Numbered from the stretch's first letter, positions 9,787 to 21,619 are shown. The stretch is DNA of 64,000 nucleotides from an uncultured Chloroflexia bacterium (GCA_963797095.1 CAWCNY010000001.1:384001-448000); one strand, 5' to 3'. Made by a program: numbers and translations. Notes: generated by a model from the letters alone, not told the origin.

Positions 9787-12105
9787 GTGCAGTATGCTTC
9801 GGTATCACAAATCATGACCGATTACATGGAGATGGAGCCAGCCCTGCGTGAAGAGCTTCACATGATGCGTATGCTCATGGAGACTTCGCCCAATAGCGTG
9901 TATTTCAAAGACCGAGATAGCCGCTACATCAAGATCAACGGAGTCTTGGCCGCCAAGCTGGGGCTCAGGAGCGCTCAGGAGGCGCGCGGCCAGTCAGATG
10001 CCGATTTCTTTCCCCTTGAGTATGCTCAGGAGTCCATCGCAGACGAGCAGGAAATAATGAGGTCGGGCGTGCCAATCATGGCCAGAGAACAGAGAGAATC
10101 GCTGCCCAACCGTGAGGAGAGATGGGTTTCTATAACCAAGATGCCCTTCTACGATCTTGAAGGGGAGGTGGCCGGCACTTTCGGGATTACGAGGGATATC
10201 ACAGAACACAAGCGTGCCGCAGAGGCTGCGGCGTTCGAGAGCTATCTCCTCCGCGCGCTCATGGATAATCTGCCGGACAGTATCTACTTCAAGGACAGCG
10301 CAAGCAAGTTCACACGCGTCAACCGCCACCTGGCGGAATTTGTGGGCCTGACGGACCCAGGGGAAGCGGTAGGCAAGTCTGATTGCGACTTCTTCTCGGA
10401 AGAGCTTGCCAGGCTCTCTTTCAACGATGAGCAGGAGATTATCAGAACAGGCGTACCAATACTGGGGCAGGAAGAGCGAGAGGTGTGGCCGGATGGGCAC
10501 GAGACCTGGGTCCTCACCACAAAAATGCCTCTCCGGGACGCTGAGGGCCATGTGGTCGGCACGTTTGGGATGTCACGCGATATCAGCGAAAGCAAGAAAG
10601 TGGAGCGGATGAAAAGCGAGTTCGTCTCCACGGTGAGCCACGAGCTTCGAACGCCTTTGACCTCCATTCGCGGCTCCCTGGGCTTGATCGCGGGCGGCGT
10701 GGCGGGCGAAATATCGCCCCAGGTCAAAGCTATGGTCGATATCGCCTACAACAACAGCGAGCGCCTTGTAAGGCTGATAAACGACATACTCGACATGGAG
10801 AAAATAGAATCGGGCAAGATGGTTTTCGATATGACTCCTGCCGCACTCATGCCCCTGGTTGAGCAGGCTATTGAGGCGAATCAAAGCTACGCGGAGCAAC
10901 AGGGCGTAAAGTTTACGCTGAAGCAGAGCCTGCCTGATGGGATTGCCAACGTCGACAGCGACCGCACAATACAAGTGCTTACCAATCTTCTATCGAACGC
11001 GGCCAAGTTCTCGCCACAAGGCGGAACAGTAGACGTGTCAGTTGTGCGCAGGGGCGGCAGGATTCGGGTATCTGTTGAGGACCACGGGCCTGGGATTAGT
11101 GAAGAGTTCAGCAGGCGTATCTTCCAGAAATTCGCACAGGCGGATTCGTCTGATACCAGGCAGAAGGGAGGCACGGGGCTCGGGCTGAGCATCAGCAAGG
11201 CTATCGTGGAGCACTTCGGCGGAGAGTTGGCCTTCGAAACCGAGGTAGGCAAGGGTACCACATTCTATTTCGATCTGCCCGAATGGCAGAGCTATTCAGC
11301 AAATTTGCCTGATTTGGAAGCTAGTCATGGAGGCAGGCAGCTTCACATTCTAATCTGCGAAGACGATCCTGATGTCGCTAAACTGCTCAGCATTATGCTT
11401 TCGCAAGGAGGTTTCACCTCTGATATCGCGCACAGTGTGGCGGAAGCAAAAGAGAGATTGGGACAAAACAGCTATGATGCCATGACATTGGACCTGATGC
11501 TGCCCGACGAGGATGGCCTCACGCTCATACGCGAATTAAGGGATCAAACGGCCACCCACGACCTTCCAATCGTGGTGGTTTCCGCCAAAGCCCAACTTGG
11601 CAAGAGCGAACTGAACGGCAACGCGGTGGCAGTCATCGACTGGATCGATAAACCTATCGACAAGGACCAATTGCTGATGTCGGTGCGGCGCGCTACCCAG
11701 CATCAGGCAGGCTCTCAAAAGACAACCCATGGCCCCAGGATATTGCATGTGGAGGACGACCCGGATATCGTGCAGGTAGTGACTTTGATGCTCAGCGGGT
11801 TTGCGGAGGTTTCATCTGCATCGACGCTGACTGACGCCCACAGAATGCTATCAGAGGAGCAATTCGACCTTGTGATTCTCGACCTTGTCCTACCAGACGG
11901 CACCGGCCTAGACCTACTGCCCCATGTTAACCAGACCGGCCCGCTGACATCCGTGGTACTTTTCTCGGCGCAAGAAGTAGATTTGGCGAGTGTGAAAGCG
12001 GCAGGCAACGTGGATGCAGCCCTGGTTAAGACGCGAACTTCCAGTAAGAAGTTGCTCAGCACAATCACGGAGTTGATTAATAAGAACAGGGAGTTCAGAA
12101 ATTAG
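9787..12105 (+). CDS. Hybrid sensor histidine kinase PAS-PAS-HisKA-HATPase-REC-REC
   Basis: Two YFKD..GITRDI PAS/PAC domains; VSHELRTPL H-box; NLLSNAAKFS, DHGPGI, GGTGLGL; two receivers; GTG 9787 after AAGGGG chosen as start. Confidence 0.93.
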   Translation: MQYASVSQIMTDYMEMEPALREELHMMRMLMETSPNSVYFKDRDSRYIKINGVLAAKLGLRSAQEARGQSDADFFPLEYAQESIADEQEIMRSGVPIMAREQRESLPNREERWVSITKMPFYDLEGEVAGTFGITRDITEHKRAAEAAAFESYLLRALMDNLPDSIYFKDSASKFTRVNRHLAEFVGLTDPGEAVGKSDCDFFSEELARLSFNDEQEIIRTGVPILGQEEREVWPDGHETWVLTTKMPLRDAEGHVVGTFGMSRDISESKKVERMKSEFVSTVSHELRTPLTSIRGSLGLIAGGVAGEISPQVKAMVDIAYNNSERLVRLINDILDMEKIESGKMVFDMTPAALMPLVEQAIEANQSYAEQQGVKFTLKQSLPDGIANVDSDRTIQVLTNLLSNAAKFSPQGGTVDVSVVRRGGRIRVSVEDHGPGISEEFSRRIFQKFAQADSSDTRQKGGTGLGLSISKAIVEHFGGELAFETEVGKGTTFYFDLPEWQSYSANLPDLEASHGGRQLHILICEDDPDVAKLLSIMLSQGGFTSDIAHSVAEAKERLGQNSYDAMTLDLMLPDEDGLTLIRELRDQTATHDLPIVVVSAKAQLGKSELNGNAVAVIDWIDKPIDKDQLLMSVRRATQHQAGSQKTTHGPRILHVEDDPDIVQVVTLMLSGFAEVSSASTLTDAHRMLSEEQFDLVILDLVLPDGTGLDLLPHVNQTGPLTSVVLFSAQEVDLASVKAAGNVDAALVKTRTSSKKLLSTITELINKNREFRN

Positions 12106-12140
12106 TTGTCTTCTAGTTTCCAATATCCAAGGGGGAGAGA

Positions 12141-12533
12141 ATGAGCAAGGAAAACCTCAACCGCATACTGTTTGTCGAAGATGAGAGTGATATCCAGGCC
12201 GTTGCAAGGCTGGCGCTGGAGGCAGTTGGTGGGTTTGCCGTCCAGATATGCAGTTCCGGCAGCGAGGCGTTGCAAAAGGCTCCGATCTTCTCCCCGGACC
12301 TCATACTGTTGGACGTAATGATGCCTGTCATGGACGGTCCGAGCACACTCAAAGCGCTCCGCCAGCTCCCTTCCACGTTCAGAACGCCAATTGTCTTTAT
12401 GACAGCCAAAGTACAGCCACAGGAGCGCAGGTACTACGAAGAGCTTGGCGCAATCGGGGTGATTCCCAAACCCTTCGATCCGATGACGCTCTCCTCGACT
12501 ATCCAATCTATCTGGAAAGAGCGCGGGCCGTGA
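12141..12533 (+). CDS. Single-domain response regulator (CheY-like)
   Basis: ILFVEDE, LILLDVMMP, FMTA, IPKPF. Confidence 0.93.
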   Translation: MSKENLNRILFVEDESDIQAVARLALEAVGGFAVQICSSGSEALQKAPIFSPDLILLDVMMPVMDGPSTLKALRQLPSTFRTPIVFMTAKVQPQERRYYEELGAIGVIPKPFDPMTLSSTIQSIWKERGP

Positions 12534-14413
12534 CCGCTACTGGGTTCACAGTGCAGGAGCAATTGTCGGCTCTACGGGAGGCATATGCTCGTGGCTTGCC
12601 CGAAAAACTTGAGCGAATGACACTGGCATGGCAAGAAATACGTGCCGAAATACGTGCCAACAAAAGGGCTGAACCGCAAAGAGCAAGGACTGAATCGGAT
12701 AGCTTTCTTCAACCTGCCTGCGAAGAGGCAAAGGAACGATTGCACCGAGGCGCGCACAGTCTCGCAGGTTCGGGAGCATCGTTCGGCTTCGCAGAGTTGA
12801 GCGTAGCGGCACGCGAGCTTGAGGTTTATTTGCAGGAAGTACTGGACCGAGGCACGGAATTCAACCCATTGGAGATGGAACAAGTTGAGTTGCTGCTCGC
12901 CACTCTACATCAGGCTGCGCATAAGGGAAAGATTGGGGCACCTAGACTCACCGCCGAGCAGACAGAGCACGATGGAGCCGCTCAGGTCTCAGTCGTGGCT
13001 CCCCAGACCTCAGTAACACAGAGCCGAGTAGATACGCAATACGAAGAGCGTGGCAAAGTTGTATTGTTGCTGGAAAAGGATGGCGAATTGGCGCGGGACC
13101 TTGCCGCTCAGATCAGCTACTTCGGATACCAGGTTCGCGTTCTCGATAGATGCGGTGATCTCCAACAGGCGTTTGAACAGTTCGCGCCTATTGCAGTGAT
13201 CACCGACATCGGTGACACAGATGATATAGATGAAGACCCAGCCTATATTCGATCTCTGACCAGGGTCCACGAGGCCAGGGACGTATGCGATGCAGAAACG
13301 CAGCGCAACACATCTCCACTCAGACCTGTCCCGCCGGTGATCTTCCTATCGGCGCGTGACGACATAATCACTCGTTTGCAAGCGGTTCGGTTGGGTGGGG
13401 CGGCCTATTTCACAAAGCCGGTGGGGGTGGATAGAATAGTCAGTAAGCTGGACGAGCTTGTCTCGCCGCAAGCCTCCGACCCATTCCGCATCCTGGTGAT
13501 AGACGATGAACCTGAGCTTGCCGCCTACCATGCGTCTATGCTGGAGAGCGCTGATATGCTGACCACGGTGATCAGTGACCCGATGCTGGCCTTGACTGCG
13601 TTGCTCGAAAGCAAGCCCGATCTGATCCTGATGGATATGCATATGCCTGGATGCACAGGCGTGGAACTCGCGGGAGTGATACGCCAGCAGGAGGCTTACG
13701 TCAGCGTGCCTATCGTCTATTTGTCTGCTGAGACCAATGTCGACAAACAATTGGCAGCGATGAGGCTAGGCGGCGACAGCTTCCTTACCAAGCCTATTCG
13801 TCCCGATCACCTGATCTCGGCGGTACGCGGGAGGGTAGAGCGTTTGCGCGTGTTACGCTCCTTCATGGTGCGCGACAGCCTGACAGGCTTGCTCAACCAC
13901 ACGGTCATAAAAGAACAGTTAGCTCTAGAGGTAGCACGCACAGTGCGAGTGGGCAGAGAAGGTCGAGAGATGGATATGTGCTTCGCTCTCATCGATATCG
14001 ACCACTTCAAGTTGGTGAACGATACTTATGGGCACATGACAGGTGATCGCGTTATAAAGAGCATATCGCGTCTGTTGAAGCAGAGGCTGCGCAAATCGGA
14101 TATGGTCGGGCGGTATGGTGGAGAAGAGTTCGCCATTATATTGCCCAACACAGCGGAAGCAGGGGCGGCGAAGCTGCTGGACGAGCTTCGCGATGGCTTT
14201 TCACAGGTGCGCCACCAGAGCGAAGAGCGCGAGTTTTATGTGACATTCAGTGCCGGCGTGGCGCAGCTCTCTGCGCAATTCGCCGACGCCGGTCAGCTTA
14301 GCAGTGCCGCGGATAGGGCCTTATATGAAGCTAAGGCTCAGGGCCGCAACTGCGTGGCTATAGCGACCCCTTTCTCTCCGCGCTCGCTACATAGTCAGGG
14401 CTTTGAGGGCTAA
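12530..14413 (+). CDS. Hpt-REC-REC-GGDEF diguanylate cyclase
   Basis: AHSLAGSGASFG Hpt; two receivers; DIDHFKLVNDTYGH and RKSDMVGRYGGEEF (RxxD I-site + GGEEF); GTG start overlaps upstream TGA. Confidence 0.92.
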   Translation: MTATGFTVQEQLSALREAYARGLPEKLERMTLAWQEIRAEIRANKRAEPQRARTESDSFLQPACEEAKERLHRGAHSLAGSGASFGFAELSVAARELEVYLQEVLDRGTEFNPLEMEQVELLLATLHQAAHKGKIGAPRLTAEQTEHDGAAQVSVVAPQTSVTQSRVDTQYEERGKVVLLLEKDGELARDLAAQISYFGYQVRVLDRCGDLQQAFEQFAPIAVITDIGDTDDIDEDPAYIRSLTRVHEARDVCDAETQRNTSPLRPVPPVIFLSARDDIITRLQAVRLGGAAYFTKPVGVDRIVSKLDELVSPQASDPFRILVIDDEPELAAYHASMLESADMLTTVISDPMLALTALLESKPDLILMDMHMPGCTGVELAGVIRQQEAYVSVPIVYLSAETNVDKQLAAMRLGGDSFLTKPIRPDHLISAVRGRVERLRVLRSFMVRDSLTGLLNHTVIKEQLALEVARTVRVGREGREMDMCFALIDIDHFKLVNDTYGHMTGDRVIKSISRLLKQRLRKSDMVGRYGGEEFAIILPNTAEAGAAKLLDELRDGFSQVRHQSEEREFYVTFSAGVAQLSAQFADAGQLSSAADRALYEAKAQGRNCVAIATPFSPRSLHSQGFEG

Positions 14414-14417
14414 TCCC

Positions 14418-17400
14418 ATGACATTACGCATGACGTTACAAACGAAGACGTTAGGCACTATCCTCCTGACCTCCGCCGCCCTGTTGATAGGCCTCTATTT
14501 CGCGTCCCAGCGCATACTGGAGGGCAGCTTCTCGCAGCTGGAGAACCAGGATTTACGGGACGATGTGGCGCGCGTGCAGGGTGCTCTGGATGACAATCTG
14601 GCGTCCTTGGAGAGCACTACTCGCGATTGGTCTACCTGGGACGATACGTACGCCTACGTACAGGACCACAACCAGAACTACTACAACTCCAATCTGGCCG
14701 ACGACACAACCATGGCCAACACCCAGCTCAACCTCATGGTGTTCGTCGATTCCCAGGCGCACATAGTCTTTGCAAAAGCCTTTGATTACAACGCAGGCAA
14801 TGAGCTGCCCGTGCCACGGGGCTTACAGGAGCAAATCTATCCGGGCAGCCCGTTACTGCAGCATCCCAACGCGGATAGTAGCATCAAAGGCTTTCTATCT
14901 CTCCCGGACGTCCCCATGCTCATCGCATCGGAGCCCATATTGCCCAGCGCAGGCGAAGGCCAAGTGGAGGGCACGCTCATCTTCGGGCGATTCCTTGATA
15001 AGAATGCGCTCCAGCACCTGGCAAAGACCACTGCAGTTGGCATAACGCTCCAGCCAATAGACGATCCACAGATGAGCCCGGACTTCAAACAGGCGCTTGC
15101 GACGCTAACGGAAACATCCTCGATTAGCATACGACCACTGGACCAAGCCGCCATTGCCGGGTACGATCTACAAAATGATGTCTATAGCAAGCCCGCGCTT
15201 ATCCTCAGGGTGGACACCGAGCGAGCCATATATGCACAGGGTCAACAGACGATCCAGTACTTCATATACGTGTTGGCGGCAGCGGGCGTAGTGTTCGGCC
15301 TCGTGATCATGGTAGTTATGAGGAGGCTCGTGCTGGCGAGGTTGGCCCGGCTCAAAAGCAACATTAGCAGCATAGCGGCAAGCAAAGACATGTTGGCCGG
15401 GATAACTATGGATGGCAACGACGAATTGTCGAGCCTGGCACGATCGGTCAATGAGATGCTGATCGAGTTACACCGCGCACGAGAGGAACAGAAAAAGGGG
15501 GAGGAAGTCTTCTTCAAGGCATTTCAGGCCAACCCCATGTTCCAGATACTTACCAGCCTGGCGGATCAACGCATCGTCGCTGTGAACGATGCCTGCTTGC
15601 TCCTGACCGGCTACTCTAAGGAAGAACTAATAGGCCATGCAACAATGGACCTCAGTACCTGGCTTGAGCCTGCTCAGCTCGCGGTGCTGGGGCAAACCCT
15701 GCGAGAGGAGGGCTGTGTAAGCAATATGGAGCTTGTCATACGAACCAAGCCCGGGAAGACCCTCTCTTTTCTTTATTCTGCTGTGCCGGTGGAGGTCGGT
15801 GGTGAACCTTGCCTGCTGTCGACCGCTATTGACATCACCCAACGTATCGCGGCAGAGGGATCGCTCAAAGCGAACCAGGCGCAGTTGACAGGGATTATTG
15901 CCTCCGCAATGGATGCCATCATTACTGTGGACAGAGAACAGCAGATCGTCATCTTCAACTCGGCTGCCGAGAAGATGTTCGGTTATACCGCAGAGGAAGT
16001 GGTCGGGCAGCGCCTGGATATGCTGATCCCCGAGCGCTTCAGAGAGGCACACGCTGTATACGTCGACAGATTCGCGCACACCAGCGCGACCAGCCGTACG
16101 ATGTTGTCGCTGGGCAGTATAACCGGTCTGCGAGCAAATGGGGAGGAATTCCCGATCGAGGCTTCCATATCCAGGATCATGCCTGGTCCGCGAGCCCTCC
16201 TCACGGTGATTCTTCGCGACATCACAGAGCGGGTGAAAGCGGATGAAGCTCAGCGCCTCTCAGCAGAGATCCTGAAGCGTGTTGGGTCGCTTGTAATGGT
16301 CGCCAATCGAGATGGTTCGATCGCTTACGCCGGTCCATCTGTGGAAACGATATTGGGTTATAAGCCTGAAGAGGTGTTGGGAGATGGCTGGTGGCGCCTT
16401 ACCAGCAGTGAGGGGGCCAACCGGCTGAACGAGAAGAAACGTATTATATGCGAGGCCACAGGCAAGATCGCTGTTCTCGATAAGCCGTACGAACGCGCGA
16501 TCACGGCCAAAGATGGCACCGTATACTCCATACTCTGGCAGGATACCCAGGGGACCGGTGGGCAAATCATCGGTATTGGACAGGACATTACCGATCGCAA
16601 GAGGGCCGAGGAGAGCCTACGCAGGAGCGAAGAGCGCTTCAGGCTGATGTTCGCCAGCAATCCGCTACCTATGTGGGTATATGACATCGAGTTGCTGCGG
16701 TTTCTGGAGGTAAATGAAGCAGCCTTAGCGCACTATGGCTACTCCAAAGACGAGTTCCTGTCGATGACAATCATGGATATCCGTCCACCCGAGGAGATCC
16801 CTCATCTCCTCGAGAATCTTGCCCACACGCGTCCTCCACTGCAACAGTCAGGCGAATGGAGACATCAAACGAAAGACGGGCAGACGATAGATGTGCAAAT
16901 CACCTCACATACCTTCCAATTCGGTGAGCGCAGCGCCGCACTGGTTGTCGCCCAGGATATCACCGAGCGCAAGAAAATGGAGGAAGCCCGTCTCGCTGCC
17001 GAGGCAGCCGAACAGGCCAATCGCGCCAAGAGTGAATTCCTTTCGCGTATGAGCCACGAACTGCGTACCCCGCTCAACTCCATACTGGGATTCTCTCAAC
17101 TGCTGCAAATGTCCGAGCTGAGCCCAAAACAATCCCGAAACCTGGACTACGTCTTGAGGGGGGGACGGCACCTCCTCGAACTGATCAACGAAGTGCTTGA
17201 TATCGCCCGCATCGAGTTCTGGACACTCCGGCATCTCTCTGGAGCCGGTTGATGTACAGGAAGCGCTGCGGGAATGCCTCGACCTGATAACGCCTATGGC
17301 TGCCCAGCGGAAGGTGACGATTCACACAGACGACTCACTTCAGCATCCCTGGCACGTCATGGCAGATCGCCAGCGATTGAGGCAGGTTTTGCTGAACATC

Positions 17401-18165
17401 ATGACCAATGCAGTCAAATATGACCGCGATGGAGGTCGGGTCTCGCTGGCATGCGAAGAGGCGGCAGGCAAACTGCGCATACGAGTCAGCGATACAGGCC
17501 CCGGCATCAGTTCGGACAATCTGGTGAAGTTGTTCACCCCTTTTGAGAGACTGGGGGTAGAGCAAACAGGCGTAGAGGGGACGGGGCTGGGTCTGACGTT
17601 ATCCAAGAACCTGGTAGAGGCGATGAATGGCACTATCGGTGTGGAGAGCGCCCTAGGCCAGGGGAGCACGTTTTGGGTAGGACTGAACATTGTTGAAAAC
17701 CCAGTGCAGCAACTGGAGAAGCAACAGTCAGGACCCATTTCCGGGAAGTTACTGTCCACCGAGGCGCGCACCGTACTGTACGTAGAGGATAACCTGCCTA
17801 ACGTTAAGCTGATTGAAGGGATCTTGGAAAAAGTGCAGGGTATCAAACTCCTTACAGCCATGCAGGGCATGCTTGCTATTGAGATGGCCAGGCATGAACA
17901 AATCGACCTGATCCTGCTCGACCTGCATCTGCCCGATATAATGGGCGACGAGGTGCTGATGAGGTTAAAAGAAGACCCTCGTACGTGTTCTATCCCGGTG
18001 GTAGTGATCAGTGCAGATGCAACGCAGGCACAGATAGAGCGATTGCGCGCAGCCGGTGCGTACGAATACCTGACCAAGCCACTCTCAATTAAGACCTTTC
18101 TGCGCGTCTTGGACGAGATACTGAAGTTAGGAGGAGCGAACTCGGGGAGCGAACTTAGTGGGTAG
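14418..18165 (+). pseudogene. CHASE4-HAMP-PASx4-HisKA-HATPase-REC hybrid kinase split by a +1 frameshift near 17217 (or sequencing error)
   Basis: ORF to 17252 ends just after SHELRTPL..LDIARIE; removing one T from GAGTTCTGGA restores RIESGH.GISLEPV and joins the 17197-18165 ORF (HATPase + REC). Confidence 0.88.
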
Positions 18166-18201
18166 AGCATTCTTGCGTGACTGCGTGTCGGTATCAAGAT
18201 G

Positions 18202-18266
18202 AGCAATCAGCAGTCAACTGTCAGCCGTAAGCTTTATTCCCCGAAAGCTGAGAGCTGAAAGCTGAC
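18202..18266. repeat. Inverted pair of heptamer tracts (TCAGCNN / NNGCTGA), potential long hairpin after the kinase operon
   Basis: agcaatcagcagtcaactgtcagccgtaagc ... gaaagctgagagctgaaagctgac. Confidence 0.6.
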
Positions 18267-18314
18267 AAATGGAACTCGAGAATCCGACCAGTCAATGGAA
18301 CAAGAAACGGTACA

Positions 18315-18527
18315 GGCCTGTTGCTAAGATTCCGGCGAGAAGCTACAGGGTGCCAGATAACCAGCCAGGTTTGAGCGTGAACCAGTTGGTCAGTGTCTGC
18401 CCAAACGCCATTTTGGAGCGGATTCAACGGGAAACGGTGTTCGCTAGTTATCTGGCATCTTGGAGCGACACAACAGCGCAGTTATCTGGGGCGTTGTAGG
18501 ATTCCGTCGGAATCTTAGCAACAGGCA
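18315..18527. mobile_element. ~213-bp MITE with 19-bp terminal inverted repeats
   Basis: GCCTGTTGCTAAGATTCCG (18316) ... CGGAATCTTAGCAACAGGC (ends 18526); first 77 bp identical to 30423-30499; internal CCAGATAAC motifs in both orientations. Confidence 0.75.
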
Positions 18528-19378
18528 GATTCGACTTCCTGGGCTTCTCCGTGCGTCACTTCCCGACCGGCAAAACCTGGCAGGGCAGCGAATGGCGGAG
18601 AAAACACCCGTACAAGATGCTCATCAAACCCAATACACAGGCTATCAAGCGACACCATCATGCACTTCGGGCGGTGGTCCGAGCGCACAAAGCGGCACCC
18701 CAAAAGGCGCTGTTAGTGGCTCTCAACCCGATCATTCGTGGCTGGTCCATGTACTACCGCTCGGTCGTATCAAAGCGTATCTTCGCTTCATGCGATTACC
18801 ATCTGATGGCAACGCTCAAGCATTGGGCAGGCCGCCGCCACGGACACAAAAGCTCAGGATGGGTGTTTGGCAAGTACTGGCATAGGAACAGCAATGCGGG
18901 AGGGAGGCTGGAATTCTCAACCCCCGACGGCTTGCGACTTGTGCATCATGCTGATGTGCCAATCCAAAGACATGTGAAAGTGCGCGGGAAGGCCAGCCCT
19001 TATGACGGTAATCTTGTGTACTGGGCACAAAGACTACGAGACCACCCCTTGACGAGTAGCAGGATTGCACTCTTGCTCAAGCGGCAGGGAGGCAGGTGCG
19101 CACGCTGTGGATTGCTCTTCACCGACAAGGATAACGATAGCATTGAGGTAGACCATGTGACACCTCGCTCACGAGGCGGAGCACATGATCCAACCAACAT
19201 ACAAGTCCTGCACGGCCATTGCCACGATGAGAAAACTGCCGAGGATTGGTCACAATCCAGGAGGCAGCAGAGCGGTATTACTGACAAGGACCGCGTGACT
19301 GAGGAGCCGGATGAACCCAAAGGTTCACGTCCGGTTTTGAAGACGAGTCGTTCCCGCGAGGGTGCGACTTAGTTCAAC
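18528..19378 (+). mobile_element. 5'-truncated group II intron (RT domain 7, maturase X, HNH endonuclease, RNA domains V-VI)
   Basis: FDFLGF, LNPIIRGWSMYYR, HVKVRGKASPYDG, DHVTP..N..H..CHDEKT; GAGCCGGATGAACCCAAAGGTTCACGTCCGGTT domain V; ends TTAGTTCAAC. Confidence 0.92.
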
Positions 19379-19491
19379 ACACCTTCGCTCATTTTACCCC
19401 CAAATGGCTGCCGGCCGCTGATCGGGGGCTCGCACCGGCCGGCAACCCAAGCAGACAAGATGCCTGGCCATCACCTGCCAGGCATCCCCGT

Positions 19492-19851
19492 TCAGAAGCT
19501 GATGCTCGACGCGCCCGATGCCATATACTGGGCGACGTAGGCGGCTGTAACCATCTGGGCGCCTTTGATCAGATCGCTCTCGGTGATGCCGCGTGGCTTG
19601 GCGCACGTGCCGCACACCCATATCTGGCCGCCGTTGCCCACGAACGAGTCCATGACCTCTTTGAGAGGCTGGAAGCCTTCCTTGCGGATGTCGTCTGCGT
19701 AGCCCGGTGTTGCCAGCCTGACGCCTTCGATTGTGAGAAGCACCACGGTGGACTGGTCGGCCGCTGCCGCCACGTTGCCGAATATGAATGAGAGGATAGC
19801 CCGTTCCGGGTCCTCCTTGCCATACGAGCAGCTTACAAGTAGATTAGCCAT
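19492..19851 (-). CDS. DsrE/DsrF-like sulfur-relay/peroxiredoxin-like protein
   Basis: EDPERA..LLTIEGV..GGQIWVCGTCAKPRGI; GGAGG RBS. Confidence 0.85.
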   Translation of the reverse strand: MANLLVSCSYGKEDPERAILSFIFGNVAAAADQSTVVLLTIEGVRLATPGYADDIRKEGFQPLKEVMDSFVGNGGQIWVCGTCAKPRGITESDLIKGAQMVTAAYVAQYMASGASSISF

Positions 19852-19875
19852 AGCATTGCCTCCTTGGTTTATGTC

Positions 19876-20166
19876 TTATTTCTTTCGGATGTAGAAGTGC
19901 AGTACTCCATCTCCGCTCTCGGTGGCGGCCTGCAGAGGGTTGCCGGTGAGGGCGCACCAGGCCGGCACATCCAGCCGGGCCGAAGGGTCGTCTACGCTGA
20001 CCAGCAGAACCTGGCCGGACTCGAGCTCTTTCAATCTCGCCTTGATGAGCGGAGTGAGGGTGGCGCAAGCGGCTCCCACGTTATCGCCTATGCCTAGATA
20101 CTCCAGTATGGCAGCGGGCTCGAAGGCCACGGCCTGCGCCAGAGCACTTTGATCGCTGCTGTTCAT
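19876..20166 (-). CDS. TusA/SirA-family sulfur carrier protein
   Basis: CATLTP..LESGQVLLVSVDDPSARLDVPAWC..FYIRK; GGAGGT RBS before ATG 20166. Confidence 0.82.
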   Translation of the reverse strand: MNSSDQSALAQAVAFEPAAILEYLGIGDNVGAACATLTPLIKARLKELESGQVLLVSVDDPSARLDVPAWCALTGNPLQAATESGDGVLHFYIRKK

Positions 20167-20353
20167 GATCACCTCCGTTCTTATCGTCGATCTGTTGGTT
20201 TGGGTGTCTACGTCCCTTGTCGTCAATCGAAGTCCCGCTTGCAGCCCCTGGCAGCTTCTGTTCCCCATCGTAGCGATATGGGGCCGGGCGCGTATTCGTA
20301 GAAATACCGCAATAGCTGCGAGGGGTTACGGTATTATTCCACACAAGCCACCG

Positions 20354-21619
20354 TTAGCTGACAGCTAGCGCCGGTACTTCTCTTATCTCGGCACGGGCCA
20401 CTATGTCGCCGGCGACGCGCTCTGCGTCCTCGCCCACGCCGTACAGCAGGCTTGACTTCTGCTTGGGGACGAAAGGTATGCCGAGGAAATAGAGGCCCGG
20501 GAAGTCTGCTGCTATCTGCTGCCTGGGCAGACCGTGCTCATCGAAGGCCGCCACGTTCACCCACTTGAAATCGGCGCTATAGCCGGTCGCCCATATGACA
20601 GTACCGACTCCGGCCGTCTTCAGGTCAAGCTCTGATAGCAGAGGGGGAGGGCTCCATTGTCTGAGCTCCTCGCTGCGAGTCTCTGGATCCTCGGGTGCAT
20701 CAAGGCCATTCCTGGCCACGAACTCGTCAATCGTTTTCATAACGGTCGCCGAGAAGCCGTCCACCATCGCCAGCTTTTCCCAGAGGTCGGGAGTGATGGA
20801 GAGAGTGTCGCCATGCACAGCGCCGATACGCCCGAGGAGAGTCACGCCGTCTTGCGCGAATCTGTGCAAGTTGAGACTATGCCCTCCGTCCTTCCCTGAA
20901 GCCTGGGGATTGCCCGCGAAGCGCGCCATTGGTGTGGGGAGTTGCTGAGGGGTCCTGTCGAGGAATCCTGTGATGGCGAGCCACACCGCGCAATCCGTGC
21001 CGCGATAGCGTCTGGGTACTCTGCCCGCGCTACCCACCGACAAATATACTTTTCGCCCGCTCTGGTACAGCTCCTCGGTGATCTGGCACCCTGACTGCCC
21101 GCTGCCAACCACCAGCACTGCCCCCTCGGGCAGCGTGTTCGGGTTGCGGTACTGGCCGGAATGTATTTGCGATATGCCGGCAGGAAGGTCGGCGCTCCAG
21201 GCAGATGGCTTGGGAGCCTGGTATGCACCGGCCGCAACCACCACGTTATCGGCAATGTAGTCGCCTTCGCCGGTCGTCACACGGTAGGTGCTGTCCTCCA
21301 ACCAGTCTACGGAAGTAACCTCTACTCCCGTTCGGACCGGAGCGTTAAACGAGGCAGCGTAGGCCTCCAGGTAATCGACAACGCCCTGGCGCGGCATGAA
21401 GCCGTCCGGATCGTCGCCCTTGTAAGCAAAGCCGGGCAGATTAGTCATGCAGTTCGGTGTGACCAGCGTAAAGGAGTCCCACCGTCCGCTGCGCCATGCC
21501 TCGCCCACTCTTCGCCGTTCGAGTAGAACGTGCTCACGCCCCTGTTGAGTCAGATAGTAGCTGGCGGAAAGCCCCGCCTGTCCGGCCCCTATGATAACCG
21601 TCTCTATGCGTTCCGCCAT
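20354..21619 (-). CDS. Flavin-dependent oxidoreductase/monooxygenase (FMO-like; MSMEG_0569/CzcO-type)
   Basis: IGAGQAG FAD motif, WRSGRWDSFTLVTP, HSGQYRNP, VGSGQSG NAD(P) motif, IWATGY. Confidence 0.88.
   Translation of the reverse strand: MAERIETVIIGAGQAGLSASYYLTQQGREHVLLERRRVGEAWRSGRWDSFTLVTPNCMTNLPGFAYKGDDPDGFMPRQGVVDYLEAYAASFNAPVRTGVEVTSVDWLEDSTYRVTTGEGDYIADNVVVAAGAYQAPKPSAWSADLPAGISQIHSGQYRNPNTLPEGAVLVVGSGQSGCQITEELYQSGRKVYLSVGSAGRVPRRYRGTDCAVWLAITGFLDRTPQQLPTPMARFAGNPQASGKDGGHSLNLHRFAQDGVTLLGRIGAVHGDTLSITPDLWEKLAMVDGFSATVMKTIDEFVARNGLDAPEDPETRSEELRQWSPPPLLSELDLKTAGVGTVIWATGYSADFKWVNVAAFDEHGLPRQQIAADFPGLYFLGIPFVPKQKSSLLYGVGEDAERVAGDIVARAEIREVPALAVS

Noticed and set aside
12248-12529. 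N-terminal extension of the 721-aa GGDEF ORF
   Set aside because: Overlaps the response regulator gene; GTG 12530 coupled to its stop is the likelier start
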